Origin: Candidatus Brennerbacteria bacterium | Lineage (GTDB): Bacteria > Patescibacteriota > Minisyncoccia > UBA6257 > GWB1-50-10 | DNA: 64,000 nucleotides | Reading direction: 5' to 3' | Assembly (NCBI GenBank): GCA_016183535.1 | Contig: JACPEK010000003.1 | Coordinates: forward strand, 327-64,326 | Part shown: piece after piece, positions 50,228 to 60,099 of the stretch | Numbering within the stretch: the stretch's first letter is position 1 | Layout of the letters: each line of letters starts with the position of its first letter | Program-made: the position numbers and the translations under genes | Notes under the pieces: generated by a model | Told to the model about the DNA's origin: nothing | What the model saw: only the letters and a program-made list of their open reading frames with translations | The model's database searches: none

Positions 50228-50311
50228 TCAGCCGGCGATCTCGACGTACCCCCAATATGCGACAAGCAGTCCCCCGACGACGAATGCCCAAAATTCGAGA
50301 TTCAGAAACAT
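50228..50311 (-). CDS. Possible 27-aa membrane peptide MFLNLEFWAFVVGGLLVAYWGYVEIAG
   Basis: Fills the gap between the Cu-ATPase and adaptor genes; preceded by agga; hydrophobic. Confidence 0.4.
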   Translation of the reverse strand: MFLNLEFWAFVVGGLLVAYWGYVEIAG

Positions 50312-50321
50312 AGTGTCCTGA

Positions 50322-52493
50322 TTATACCGCGACCCGCGCGCGCCGCAAGAGAAGCGCGTTCACCGCGACAATCACCGTCGAGAGCGACATAAAAACCGCG
50401 GCGACGGCGGGCGCGAGAAGAATCCCCTGCGTCGCGAGCACGCCGGCCGCCAAAGGGAGCGCGACGATATTGTACCCCGTCGCCCACCATAAATTCTGCA
50501 CCATTTTCCGATAGGTCGCGCGGGAAAGTTCGATGATGTTCGGAATGTCGCGCGGATCGTTCCGGACAAGAATGATGCCGGCGGACTCCACCGCCACGTT
50601 CGTGCCCGCGCCGATCGCGATACCGAGGTCGGCTTGTGTCAGCGCCGGTGCATCGTTCACGCCATCCCCCACGAAGGCAACTTTCTTCCCCTGCGTCTGG
50701 AGCATTTTTACCTTCTCGGCCTTCTCGGCCGGCAAAACACGCGCGAAGACGGTCGCAATATTTAGCTCGCGTGCAACCCAGCGCGCCACCCCTTCGGTGT
50801 CTCCCGTCACCATCGCGACCTCGACATCTCCCGCGCGGAGCGCGGCAATCGCCGCCCGCGACTCGTCGCGGATCAAATCCGCGAGCGCGAAAGCGCCGAA
50901 AAGTTTGTTCTCGCGCACCGCGTAAATGACGGTTTTCCCCTTTTCCCCTTCTTCCGCCACGGACCTCCGGAGCGTATCCGGCACGGCCGCAACTCTACCC
51001 TCGAGAATTTTCTCGCCGCCGACCGCCACCATCACACCATTTACCTTCCCCTCTACGCCGCGTCCGGGAAGACGCGTGAAGTCGCGCACCTCCGGCACCG
51101 CGAGGTTTCTCCGCTTCGCCTCGCTCACGATCGCGCGGGATATGAAGTGCTCGGAGTGCGCATCCACCGCCGCGGCGAGTGCGAGAAGTTCATCCTCGTC
51201 TTTCGCCCCCGCGGGCCAGATTTCCGTAATGCCGTATTCGCCTTTCGTGAGCGTCCCCGTTTTGTCGAAAAGCACCACATCGATGTTGCGCGCCGCTTCG
51301 AGCGCGAGTCGCTGTTTCACTAAAAATCCCTGACGCGCGGCGATGGTGGTCGAAAGTGATGCGACCAAAGGCACCGCGAGTCCCAAAGCGTGCGGGCATG
51401 CGATCACGAGAACCGCGACGAGCCGCTCCACCGCAAACCCCGCGGGCGCGCCTGCGGCGAGCCACGAGGCAAGCGTAACGCCGCCGCCGCCGACCGCCAC
51501 GTACGTAAGGTAGAGCGCCGCGCGATCGGAGAGGAGCTGGAGGCGCGACTTCGAAGCCTGCGCTTCTCTCACTAGCCGCATCACGCCCGCGAGGAAGGTG
51601 TGGTTTCCCACCTTGGCGACCGAGATGCGGAGCGCGCCGTCTCCGTTCACCGTCCCCGCAATCACCGTGGCGCCCGCGATCTTCAATACCGGCGCCGATT
51701 CACCTGTCACCATAGATTCGTTCACCTCCGCGCGCCCCTCCTTCACCACGCCGTCCGCAGGAATACGCCCGCCGGGACGCACGAACACGAGATCGCCTTC
51801 CTTAAGTTCGGAAATTGGAACGATTTTAGTGTTGAGTTTTGAATCTCGGATTTGAGATTCGTCATTAATAATGATGACTTCCGCCGTGTCGGGAAGCAGT
51901 TTTGAGAGTTCCTTCAGGGCCGCCGATGCGCCTTTGACCGCCCGCATCTCGAGCCAGTGCCCGAGAAGCATGATGGTAACGAGGGTCGAGAGTTCCCACC
52001 AGAGCGGCGCACCGAGACCCGAGATCAGCGTGTAAACGCTCCAGAGATACGCCGCCGAAGTCGCGATCGCGATCAAGGTCATCATCCCGGGGAGCCGCGC
52101 GCGGAGCTCGCGCCACGCCGAGGAAAGAAACACCCACCCGCCGTAGAAGAAAATGAGCGAGGCGAGCGCGAAAGTGACGTACGGCGCGCCGGGAAAGGGG
52201 CCGGGCGTTACCTTGAGAAATGTCGCCGCGATGTCCGAGAAGAGTACGACCGGCACCGTAAGAACGGCGCTGATGACGAATTTCTTCAAAAAATCCTCCG
52301 TGTGATGCCCCGCATGCCGGTCGATATCTCCTTCATGCCCTGCATGTTCCGTGTGCACTTTCTTCTCGGGTATCAGGTCCATTCCGCACTCCGGACACCG
52401 TCCCGGTTGCGATTCGCGGACCGAGGGGTGCATCGGACAAGTGTAGTGAGCACTCCCTTTTTCCTCTGAACTTGCGTGATGATGGAAACACAT
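50322..52493 (-). CDS. Copper-translocating P1B-type ATPase (CPH type, CopB-like)
   Basis: YTCPMHP and His-rich N-terminus, TGES, CPHALGLA, DKTGTLT, GDGVND, YN and MSLS motifs. Confidence 0.93.
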   Translation of the reverse strand: MCFHHHASSEEKGSAHYTCPMHPSVRESQPGRCPECGMDLIPEKKVHTEHAGHEGDIDRHAGHHTEDFLKKFVISAVLTVPVVLFSDIAATFLKVTPGPFPGAPYVTFALASLIFFYGGWVFLSSAWRELRARLPGMMTLIAIATSAAYLWSVYTLISGLGAPLWWELSTLVTIMLLGHWLEMRAVKGASAALKELSKLLPDTAEVIIINDESQIRDSKLNTKIVPISELKEGDLVFVRPGGRIPADGVVKEGRAEVNESMVTGESAPVLKIAGATVIAGTVNGDGALRISVAKVGNHTFLAGVMRLVREAQASKSRLQLLSDRAALYLTYVAVGGGGVTLASWLAAGAPAGFAVERLVAVLVIACPHALGLAVPLVASLSTTIAARQGFLVKQRLALEAARNIDVVLFDKTGTLTKGEYGITEIWPAGAKDEDELLALAAAVDAHSEHFISRAIVSEAKRRNLAVPEVRDFTRLPGRGVEGKVNGVMVAVGGEKILEGRVAAVPDTLRRSVAEEGEKGKTVIYAVRENKLFGAFALADLIRDESRAAIAALRAGDVEVAMVTGDTEGVARWVARELNIATVFARVLPAEKAEKVKMLQTQGKKVAFVGDGVNDAPALTQADLGIAIGAGTNVAVESAGIILVRNDPRDIPNIIELSRATYRKMVQNLWWATGYNIVALPLAAGVLATQGILLAPAVAAVFMSLSTVIVAVNALLLRRARVAV

Positions 52494-52496
52494 AAA

Positions 52497-52697
52497 TTAT
52501 TGATTCTTGTTATCGATGCGGAACGCGGTGTGGAGCCAGCACCATCCCGTGAAACTTTCTATGAGCGCGATCCACCCGACGACCGCAATAACGATGGCAA
52601 GCCATGGGGTCTCATACTGCGGCGCCCACGGCCCCAACCACCAAAACGCGAGTAAGAAGCGAAGAATACGGTCCAATTTTCCTAAGTTTTGATTCAT
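52497..52697 (-). CDS. DUF2892-family small membrane protein
   Basis: NLGKLDRILR...GWCWLH. Confidence 0.75.
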   Translation of the reverse strand: MNQNLGKLDRILRFLLAFWWLGPWAPQYETPWLAIVIAVVGWIALIESFTGWCWLHTAFRIDNKNQ

Positions 52698-52724
52698 AGT
52701 ATCGGCGTGATTTCCTTCGACCTT

Positions 52725-52994
52725 TTATTTCCTGCGCGAAAGCTTATAGATGGTGGCGAGTTCCCGCACCGCTTTCGCGCTTTCTCCTTTCTGTATCTGG
52801 TGAACGGCGTGCGTTTTCAGGTGGTTCTCCAGTATCACGTCCTCGAATGCCGAAAGCGCGGCTTTGACCGCAAGCGATTGGTGGATGATCTTCACGCAGT
52901 ACGTTCCTTTCTCCACCATGCGCCCTAATCCTTGTACCTGTCCCGCCGCTCTCCGGAGCCGTTTGATGGCGTTTGTTTTTATGTTCTGGTGCAT
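52725..52994 (-). CDS. csoR: Metal-sensing repressor CsoR/RcnR family
   Basis: RLRRAAGQVQGL...YC..IIHQSLAV...ENHL. Confidence 0.88.
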   Translation of the reverse strand: MHQNIKTNAIKRLRRAAGQVQGLGRMVEKGTYCVKIIHQSLAVKAALSAFEDVILENHLKTHAVHQIQKGESAKAVRELATIYKLSRRK

Positions 52995-53014
52995 AAGAAT
53001 AATTGATAATCATA

Positions 53015-53776
53015 CTAAACCCCGCAACTCCCTCCTCCCCGCGACGGGAGTGGCTCCACCTCCGCAAGTACGCGCGCGTATCCTGTAGCGCTTGAGAAAT
53101 CCGCCCCAAGCGCAATTTTCGGATCGATGTCTTTGCGTGCCACGCCCCGTGCCTCGAAATATCGCCCGATGGCATCGTAGGTATCAGGGAACCATTCCGC
53201 ATTCATCGCGAGCGCCGCGCGGTACATTCCGCTTTCATCAACGCCCTGCGCGGCAAGGAGTTCCAAGAGGCCCAACATCGCCATACCGTGATTGCAATCA
53301 GGAAAGTAGGTCGAGTTTCCACAACACGGGCGGTAAATATTTTTTGAAACACGCTCCACCAGTTCCTGCTCACCTTCGGTGAGTGTCACGAACCGGTGCA
53401 TGGCATAGTGGTCCATCGCGCTCCCTTTCGCCAAGGTCCACCCACCTGTGGACGCAAAGTTCCCCGCACCGCCGTAGCGCACATCCATCATCGGTCCTTC
53501 GGTGAGTATCGGGTTCTCGTTCGCGAGACCGAACGCCCAGAGGACGTTGAGCTTTGTGCGGACGCCCGCGTCGAATTTCGTTGGATTTATGACACCCGTG
53601 GCGGTGAGTTCGCGTTCAAGCGCGTCGAAATCGATCGGGAGATCCTCTGTCGCCGCAAAAGAAGCGGGGGGTGGCATCGCGGGCGCGGAAGCGCCAAGTT
53701 GATAAACCCAGGCGAGCGCCACCAATAAAATCGAAAGCGCGACCGAAGCGGGCACGATCCATTTTCCTTGCACCAT
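53015..53776 (-). CDS. Membrane-anchored Cys/His-rich hypothetical protein
   Basis: N-terminal TM, RPCCGNSTYFPDCNHGMA, terminal GGSCGV; first gene of the Cu operon. Confidence 0.75.
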   Translation of the reverse strand: MVQGKWIVPASVALSILLVALAWVYQLGASAPAMPPPASFAATEDLPIDFDALERELTATGVINPTKFDAGVRTKLNVLWAFGLANENPILTEGPMMDVRYGGAGNFASTGGWTLAKGSAMDHYAMHRFVTLTEGEQELVERVSKNIYRPCCGNSTYFPDCNHGMAMLGLLELLAAQGVDESGMYRAALAMNAEWFPDTYDAIGRYFEARGVARKDIDPKIALGADFSSATGYARVLAEVEPLPSRGGGSCGV

Positions 53777-53784
53777 GCCGTCAT

Positions 53785-53803
53785 TATACCCCTACGGGGT
53801 ATA
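53785..53803. promoter_or_regulatory. CsoR-type operator
   Basis: Palindrome TATACCCC-TAC-GGGGTATA just upstream of the copper operon; matches TACC-n-GGTA with G/C tracts. Confidence 0.78.
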
Positions 53804-53898
53804 TCGTCAAGAAGATGCCATAGAACGAAAAATTGACGAAAAACAGAATCACTAGTACTAGTAGTATTAGTAAATTCCATTCATAACAAGGAGGAAGT

Positions 53899-54546
53899 AT
53901 GAAAGCGATGATAGTTGTCATCGCCTTTTTGGTAGTCTGCGCGATCCCTCTCTTCGCGCAAGAACATGAAGAAATGAGAGGAGGGATGGTAGAGTTCCGT
54001 GCCTATTTCGACTCGTCGGATGTTGCGACCTATGCGGTCGCTTACCTGCGGCGGCATTTCGTCGTCGACGAGGAGCGGATCAGTTGGTTTGTGTTCGCAC
54101 GCGCGAACAACAATCCCCGGCCCCCAAGCGCGCTCGTGGTCGGCCTCTCCTATGCCCCCTCGCGATCGTTCGGTATGGAAGCGGGCGGCGGCCTGAACGG
54201 CAACCCCCTCGACCACCATCCCTCGCACTACGTGCGGGGAAGATTATGGATCGGAAGGGATATGACGGGGTTCGGCACGGTCGATCTCTACTACTTCGAG
54301 TGCGCGATCGAGGCGTCGCGGCACATCGTAAACTGGGAAGCACGCCTCAAAATGCGGGTGCTCCCGTGGTTTGCCTGCGGGTTCTACGGCGAGCGCGCGA
54401 AAGGTTTCGGCCCCCGTATCGACATTCAACCGAAGGGAATCCCGCTCGCAATCTCCGTCGCGGCGCTCATCGCGCGGTGGGATACGGAAAAACCGATCCG
54501 CGCGAACGACGGAAATTTCGTCCTGTTCTCCCGCCTGAATTTATAA
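53899..54546 (+). CDS. Secreted hypothetical protein, beta-strand rich
   Basis: RBS aaggagg, signal peptide ending LFA-Q, alternating hydrophobic pattern. Confidence 0.7.
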   Translation: MKAMIVVIAFLVVCAIPLFAQEHEEMRGGMVEFRAYFDSSDVATYAVAYLRRHFVVDEERISWFVFARANNNPRPPSALVVGLSYAPSRSFGMEAGGGLNGNPLDHHPSHYVRGRLWIGRDMTGFGTVDLYYFECAIEASRHIVNWEARLKMRVLPWFACGFYGERAKGFGPRIDIQPKGIPLAISVAALIARWDTEKPIRANDGNFVLFSRLNL

Positions 54547-54554
54547 ATAGTCAC

Positions 54555-54588
54555 AAAAAAACCACGGACTCTTCGTCTGTGGTTTTTT
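54555..54588. terminator. Bidirectional terminator
   Basis: aaaaaaccacgga-cttcg-tctgtggtttttt. Confidence 0.7.
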
Positions 54589-54644
54589 ATTCCGCATACC
54601 GACAAAAAAGGAGCGGTGGATACCGCTCCTTAAACTGGTTGGTT

Positions 54645-57308
54645 TTATCCGCAACCGGTATTGGAAAAGCATTGCGGACACGTGTAGCACGTGCCGGCCC
54701 TCTTCATGAGAGAGCCGCACTCAAGACAGGTTTTGCCGTCGTGTTCGCTCGCCTCTTCTGGCGAGAAGATTTTTACGGTGCCGTTTTCCAAAGGAGAATA
54801 TTCTTCCTCCTTTTTTATAACGCCGAGTTCTTCCTGATCCTCCTTGGAAAGGAAGTCCAACGCTAACCGCCGGAAAACGTAATCCACAATAGAGGTTGCC
54901 ATGTGGATATCCGGATCAAGCGGAGTGAAACCCGCCGGCTCAAAACGCTGGTTCATGAATTGCTTCACGAACGCCTTGAGCGGCGCGCCGTATTGGAGAC
55001 CAATCGACACCGCGATAGAAAAACACCGCGTCATGCCGTAGAGGGTCGAGCCGCCCTTTGCGATCTCGATGAACATTTCTCCGAGATCACCGTCTTCGTA
55101 TTTGCCGGGGGTGAGATATCCTTCCTGGCCCCCGATCTCGATTTTAATGTTCTCGGCCGGTCTCCGCCACGCAAGCCGACGACGTGCGGGTTTTGCCCCT
55201 TTCGATAGAGAAGATTTTTTGGTCGAAAGTACTTCCGTAACTTTCGACCCTTCTCGGTACAGCGCCACCGCTTTGAGGCCGAGTTCCCACGCTTTAAGGT
55301 AGGTTTTCTCGAAGTCCTCCACGGTCGCACTGTGAGGGAGGTTTACCGTCTTCGAGATCGCACCGGAGATGAAGGGTTGCGCGGCCGCCATCATTTTGAG
55401 GTGGCCCATATAATGAATAAAGCGTGTGCCTTTCTCCGGCTTGTACGAACAGTCGAACACGGGGAGATGTTCTTCCTTCAGTCCTGGCGCGCCTTCGACG
55501 GTACCGTTCTCGCGGAGATATTGCAGGATGGCCCCAATTTGGGTTTCAGAGTAACCGATTCGCTTGAGCGCCGGCTCAACTTGTTGATTCTCTATCGCGA
55601 GCTGGCCGCCGCCCACAAGGTTCTTATATTTTATGAGCGCAAGGTCCGGCTCGATGCCGGTCGTGTCGCACGCCATAAGAAACGAGATGGTGCCGGTCGG
55701 CGCAAGCACCGTTGCTTGCGTGTTGCGCACGCCATATCGCTCGGCAAGCTCGCACGTCTCGATCCACGCGCGTTCGGCTTCGTGGACTAACGCTTCGAAT
55801 CCCACACCGTTCAGCGTGAGACTATGCGCTTCCATACGGTGCATCTGGAGAACCTTTTGCATTGGTTCCTTATTCTCAAAAAACCCCTCGCAGGGGCCGA
55901 TGGCGGCGGCGATCTCCGCTGATTCGTGGTACGCCTCTGCCGTCATGAGTGCGGTGATAGCGCCTGTGAGCGTACGTGCCTCGTCGGAGTCGTACGGAAG
56001 CCCGAGCGCCATAAGAAGCGCGCCGAGGTTCGCGTAGCCGAGGCCGATTTCGCGGAACTTCCGGGCGTTCTCGGTTATTTTTTGTGTCGGATAACTCGAG
56101 AACCCGATGATGATCTCCTGTGCCAAGAAGGTGGCGTGAACCGCCTTCCGGAAAAATTCCACATCGATTGATCCGTCCTCTCGCAGAAATTTCAGAAGGT
56201 TCAAGGACGCGAGATTGCACGCGGAGTCATCAAGATGCATGTACTCACTGCAAGGATTCGAGCCATTAATGCGCCCGGAGTTGGGACAGGTGTGCCAGTC
56301 GTTGATAGTGGTATCAAACTGCATCCCCGGGTCGCCGGAAAACCATGCCGCGGCCGCTATTTCCCGAAGAATTTCTTTGGCGCTTACCGTTTCAAGCGTC
56401 TTACCGCTCGTGACGGCTTTAAGCGCCCACTCTTGATCGTGCACGACGGCTTCCATAAACTCGTTAGTCGCGCGAACCGCATTATTCGCGTTTTGATACG
56501 GCAAGGTGGTGTAGATGGAAAATAGTTTTCCATTAAGCGAGGTGTCAAACCCCGCTTCCGCGAGGACGCGCGCCATTTTTTCCATCTCCGCTTTACAACG
56601 GATGAAATCACGAATATCCGGATGGTCCACATTCATAGTGACCATCTTTGCCGCGCGGCGCGTGGCGCCGCCAGAGCGGATCACGTTCGCCACGGAATCC
56701 GCGCCATGCATGAAAGATACCGGACCCGATGCTATGCCGCCGCGCGACAGTTCTTCCTTCGAGGAGCGAATATTCGAAACGTTCGCTCCCGAACCAGAAC
56801 CTTGCTTAAAAATCATTCCTTCGGTTTCGTACCACTTGAGAATGGAACGCATATTGTCCTCGACCGAGAGAATGAAGCATGCAGAGCACTGCGGGGTGTC
56901 TTCGATGCCCACGTTAAACCATACGGGACTGTTGAAAGCCATGTACTGGTGGAGCGTGAGCCACACGATGTCGCGCTCAAAATTCTTGCGCGACTCTTCG
57001 CTGTCGAAGTATCCGAGCTCAAGTCCTTTCGTCGCGATGGTTCTTGCCACACGCTCAAGCATCTGTTTCACGGAGTGCTCCCGTGTGCCGCCGTCTGGAA
57101 CCCGGAAATACTTCGAGGCGGCGTTCCGGCGAGAGTCTTCACGCCAAATCTCCGGAACCTCCACGCGCTTTTGTTCAAAAACGACTTTTTTCCCATCTTT
57201 ATCCAAGATGGAAACGTCGCATAAGACCCATTGCAGGTCCTCGAACGGGTGCGTGGTGGGATTTCCGAAGAGCCTCTCCCATTGAATGCCTTTCTTTGTG
57301 GTTTCCAT
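54645..57308 (-). CDS. nrdJ: Vitamin B12-dependent (class II) ribonucleotide reductase
   Basis: FNSPVWFN, PQCSACFI, GSNPCSE, APTGTIS, GAISKTVN, C-terminal TSCPD region and Zn ribbon; start METTKK. Confidence 0.93.
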   Translation of the reverse strand: METTKKGIQWERLFGNPTTHPFEDLQWVLCDVSILDKDGKKVVFEQKRVEVPEIWREDSRRNAASKYFRVPDGGTREHSVKQMLERVARTIATKGLELGYFDSEESRKNFERDIVWLTLHQYMAFNSPVWFNVGIEDTPQCSACFILSVEDNMRSILKWYETEGMIFKQGSGSGANVSNIRSSKEELSRGGIASGPVSFMHGADSVANVIRSGGATRRAAKMVTMNVDHPDIRDFIRCKAEMEKMARVLAEAGFDTSLNGKLFSIYTTLPYQNANNAVRATNEFMEAVVHDQEWALKAVTSGKTLETVSAKEILREIAAAAWFSGDPGMQFDTTINDWHTCPNSGRINGSNPCSEYMHLDDSACNLASLNLLKFLREDGSIDVEFFRKAVHATFLAQEIIIGFSSYPTQKITENARKFREIGLGYANLGALLMALGLPYDSDEARTLTGAITALMTAEAYHESAEIAAAIGPCEGFFENKEPMQKVLQMHRMEAHSLTLNGVGFEALVHEAERAWIETCELAERYGVRNTQATVLAPTGTISFLMACDTTGIEPDLALIKYKNLVGGGQLAIENQQVEPALKRIGYSETQIGAILQYLRENGTVEGAPGLKEEHLPVFDCSYKPEKGTRFIHYMGHLKMMAAAQPFISGAISKTVNLPHSATVEDFEKTYLKAWELGLKAVALYREGSKVTEVLSTKKSSLSKGAKPARRRLAWRRPAENIKIEIGGQEGYLTPGKYEDGDLGEMFIEIAKGGSTLYGMTRCFSIAVSIGLQYGAPLKAFVKQFMNQRFEPAGFTPLDPDIHMATSIVDYVFRRLALDFLSKEDQEELGVIKKEEEYSPLENGTVKIFSPEEASEHDGKTCLECGSLMKRAGTCYTCPQCFSNTGCG

Positions 57309-57478
57309 AGGAAACCTCCTTTCTCTTTTAGTGATTGTTAAATTACGTGGGTACACCCTATCGCCGCCCCCGATATACCGTCAACGGTGTATAACAAAAA
57401 ATTCCGCGACGTTTGGGCGCCACGGTCAACTTTTCTGGCCATCCGCGTTGATCCGCTTCTATTACCTCGCTATCCGCG

Positions 57479-57982
57479 TCAGTTCAGCGTTGCCATGCCG
57501 AACGGCACCGCGAACGCCCGACACCATACCCACACCTCGTCGTATTGCGTGGGGTCTATCCCCTCCGGAACCTCATAGTTCTGGCCCCCAACGTTCCCCT
57601 TCAGGGCTCCGAGGCGCGCCTCGACGGCATACGCGTCGTTTTTCCCGAAGTGGACAAAAAGGTCGGGTCCGTTTGTCATCCGAAAGTCGTTCTCGAACCG
57701 CACATAGTGCTTCTCCCCTATTTTCACCAAGGTTGCGGTACCTTCCGCGGAGTGCCCCGCAAGCGACACGAAAGTTCCCCGACGTATAACTTCGAGCGCC
57801 GGCGCTTGTGCTTGTTCCGATCCGCGCTGATCCGCGCCCTCTAATCCGCGTCCATCCATCTCTCTATATATATCACCCAACGATTCACTCACCTGAACGT
57901 CAATAAAGAGCGGCGCAATAAGCCAATACGCCGTACCGATCGCAACCGCGATACCGAGAGATATGAGAGCTTTCTTCAACAT
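57479..57982 (-). CDS. DM13-domain protein
   Basis: GHSAEGTA, GPDLFV, LKGNVGGQNY, VWVWCRAFAVPFG; start MLKKAL. Confidence 0.88.
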   Translation of the reverse strand: MLKKALISLGIAVAIGTAYWLIAPLFIDVQVSESLGDIYREMDGRGLEGADQRGSEQAQAPALEVIRRGTFVSLAGHSAEGTATLVKIGEKHYVRFENDFRMTNGPDLFVHFGKNDAYAVEARLGALKGNVGGQNYEVPEGIDPTQYDEVWVWCRAFAVPFGMATLN

Positions 57983-58029
57983 AGAAACAGTATAGCAAGA
58001 CCCGTGCGCGGCGCGCGGGCGGTGGTATA

Positions 58030-58326
58030 ATGGGGACGATGGAGAGAGAACGTGGCGAGTTTCTTCCGGCGATCGAAGAAAAACCGCCGGAAGAGGAAGC
58101 AAAAGATAAAAAAGAAGGTTTGGAAATCGACGCCGAGGGAACGATACGGACAACGGAACGATATCCGCTGAACGGAACGCTCCAGAACATCGTGCGCGGT
58201 TATTTCGAAACGCGCGGGTTTTCGATCGTCGAAATTTCTGACACGCACGTGAAAGTCGTAGCCCCCGACGGCAAGAGGATGGCGATCCCGAACAAAACCG
58301 CGGTCGAAACGGCGACCGCCCGCTAG
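58030..58326 (+). CDS. Hypothetical protein
   Basis: ORF fills the space; acidic N-terminus. Confidence 0.5.
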   Translation: MGTMERERGEFLPAIEEKPPEEEAKDKKEGLEIDAEGTIRTTERYPLNGTLQNIVRGYFETRGFSIVEISDTHVKVVAPDGKRMAIPNKTAVETATAR

Positions 58327-58380
58327 CGGACGGTGGTACGCGCGCGCTTATTTTTTTCCGTCCGTGCGGGGCGTGTGTGT

Positions 58381-59022
58381 TTATCGCAACACCACGCTTT
58401 GCGCCATGCGATCCACCACGCCGTCAAGATCAAACGATGACCGTTCATTCTCGCAGGCGGTGCGCTGCGGTTCGTCATAATGGTCGCATCTCACAGCCTG
58501 CAGACTAAACGTGAAGATGACCAACTTGTCGTTTTTCTCCGTGGCGTATACATATTGCGTGATAACGCTTCCTAGTCCCATATTGCTTTCCATCGTCACG
58601 CAATACGTGCGATCGTCCACCATCCGTTGTACCGTCCGGCCGGCCTGCGAATATTCGTCTCCAGTCGGTGTACAGATGAACGACTGAACAAGCGCGGCGG
58701 CTTTCGGTGGCCAGTCGATCGGAACGGTATATTGAGTTGTTAACGTTGTCGGATACGAGAAGGTGATGCCTTGTTTGTCGTCCGTGAATGATTTCCAAGC
58801 CGCATCGGCATTTTCACCTAAACAAGCAGTAAATTCACATTGAGGTCCGGAACGACCAACATACGAACCATCCGGACACTGTTTAACTTCCTGTGTGCAA
58901 AAAACCGGCGCGGGCGCCAAAACGGGATTTGAGCGGGCGGTGTAAAAAATCCCGCCGGCCAATATTGCGGCGAGCGCGATAAGAAAAATTTCCTTGTTTT
59001 TTGACCGGTCTTCCGAAGTCAT
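58381..59022 (-). CDS. Membrane-anchored Cys-motif protein
   Basis: TM then CTQEVKQCPDGSYVGRSGPQCEFTAC, a motif typical of CPR surface proteins. Confidence 0.75.
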   Translation of the reverse strand: MTSEDRSKNKEIFLIALAAILAGGIFYTARSNPVLAPAPVFCTQEVKQCPDGSYVGRSGPQCEFTACLGENADAAWKSFTDDKQGITFSYPTTLTTQYTVPIDWPPKAAALVQSFICTPTGDEYSQAGRTVQRMVDDRTYCVTMESNMGLGSVITQYVYATEKNDKLVIFTFSLQAVRCDHYDEPQRTACENERSSFDLDGVVDRMAQSVVLR

Positions 59023-59055
59023 ACCTACGTCTATTATACGTCATTACACACAACC

Positions 59056-59287
59056 CTATGTCTCCTCGCGGAAAACTGCGCCGTCTTTCAATTTCACGAT
59101 GCGCTTGCTGAACCGCGCGAACTCCGCTTCGTGCGTCACCATCACAACGGTCTATCCGTGGCGGTTCAGCTCCGCAAATATTTCCATAATCTCAAGAGAA
59201 CGCTCCGAATCGAGACTCGCGGTTGGCTCGTCGGCGAAAATGATTTTCGGATTATGGACGATGGCGCGAGCAATTGAGACCCGTTGA
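59056..59287 (-). pseudogene. 3' remnant of ABC ATPase gene
   Basis: QRVSIARAIVHNPKIIFADEPTASLD...RHG*TVVMVTHE with in-frame stop; no Walker A or start. Confidence 0.8.
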
Positions 59288-59402
59288 CCTGACCCCTATA
59301 TATTGAACACAAAGGTTGAAGTGAACATACCCTTGTGTCATAAAGAAAACATACAAAAGCCCATCGATTGATGGGCTTTAAGGTATGAAATCAGACATAC
59401 GA

Positions 59403-59924
59403 TCAAAAGAGCATAAGAACCAAGTAAAGAACGGCGCCTGCATATACGGCCGCGACAAGATCGTCGAGCATCACACCGAACACGTTCTTCATATTATCGA
59501 AGAACCTCGCGGGCGGAACCTTGACGATATCGAAAAGGCGAAACAAGGCAAAAGCGAGCCCTAAATTGAGCCAATGTGGGCGAACGCCCATAAGGATCAA
59601 TGGGTAGCACGTGACCAACATACCGAACATTTCATCTATCACGATCTGATTCTGGTCTCGAACCTTCGTTTTCCCTCGCCAGTCTGTTCTCGGGCCTAAA
59701 GCGAACTCAGCTCTCGGCACGCTCCAAAGACCGAGGAGAAAAATGGTTCCGACAGTAAGGTAGTACGGAACTACTACTCCTTGCGAAGCAACCACCAACA
59801 ACACATAACACAGCGGCACGCTGAACAGACTTCCGTAAGTCCCTGCCATACCGGTAAGAACTACTGGAGGTATGAGACCTGAATAAAACCAGGTCCCTAA
59901 TAGCACTGCGAGTCTATTTTTCAT
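59403..59924 (-). CDS. pgpA: Phosphatidylglycerophosphatase A
   Basis: AGTYGSL, IVIDEMFG, FRLFDIVKVPP, GVMLDDLVA. Confidence 0.88.
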   Translation of the reverse strand: MKNRLAVLLGTWFYSGLIPPVVLTGMAGTYGSLFSVPLCYVLLVVASQGVVVPYYLTVGTIFLLGLWSVPRAEFALGPRTDWRGKTKVRDQNQIVIDEMFGMLVTCYPLILMGVRPHWLNLGLAFALFRLFDIVKVPPARFFDNMKNVFGVMLDDLVAAVYAGAVLYLVLMLF

Positions 59925-60099
59925 AGACAGCTCCTTAAAAGTTGAAGAAAGCAACTAAAACGAAGGTACCACTTCACGATCCTGGTGTCTATAACGGAAG
60001 AGACGGATCCCGTAACCTATCTACGCCTTGGATTTGCTATCCCCCTCCCATTTGCTACCCTTATCTAAAGGTCACCACAATACATTTATCGATAAACAC

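Noticed and set aside
57310-57478. Cobalamin riboswitch or NrdR boxes upstream of nrdJ
   Set aside because: No convincing B12-box or NrdR consensus visible by eye
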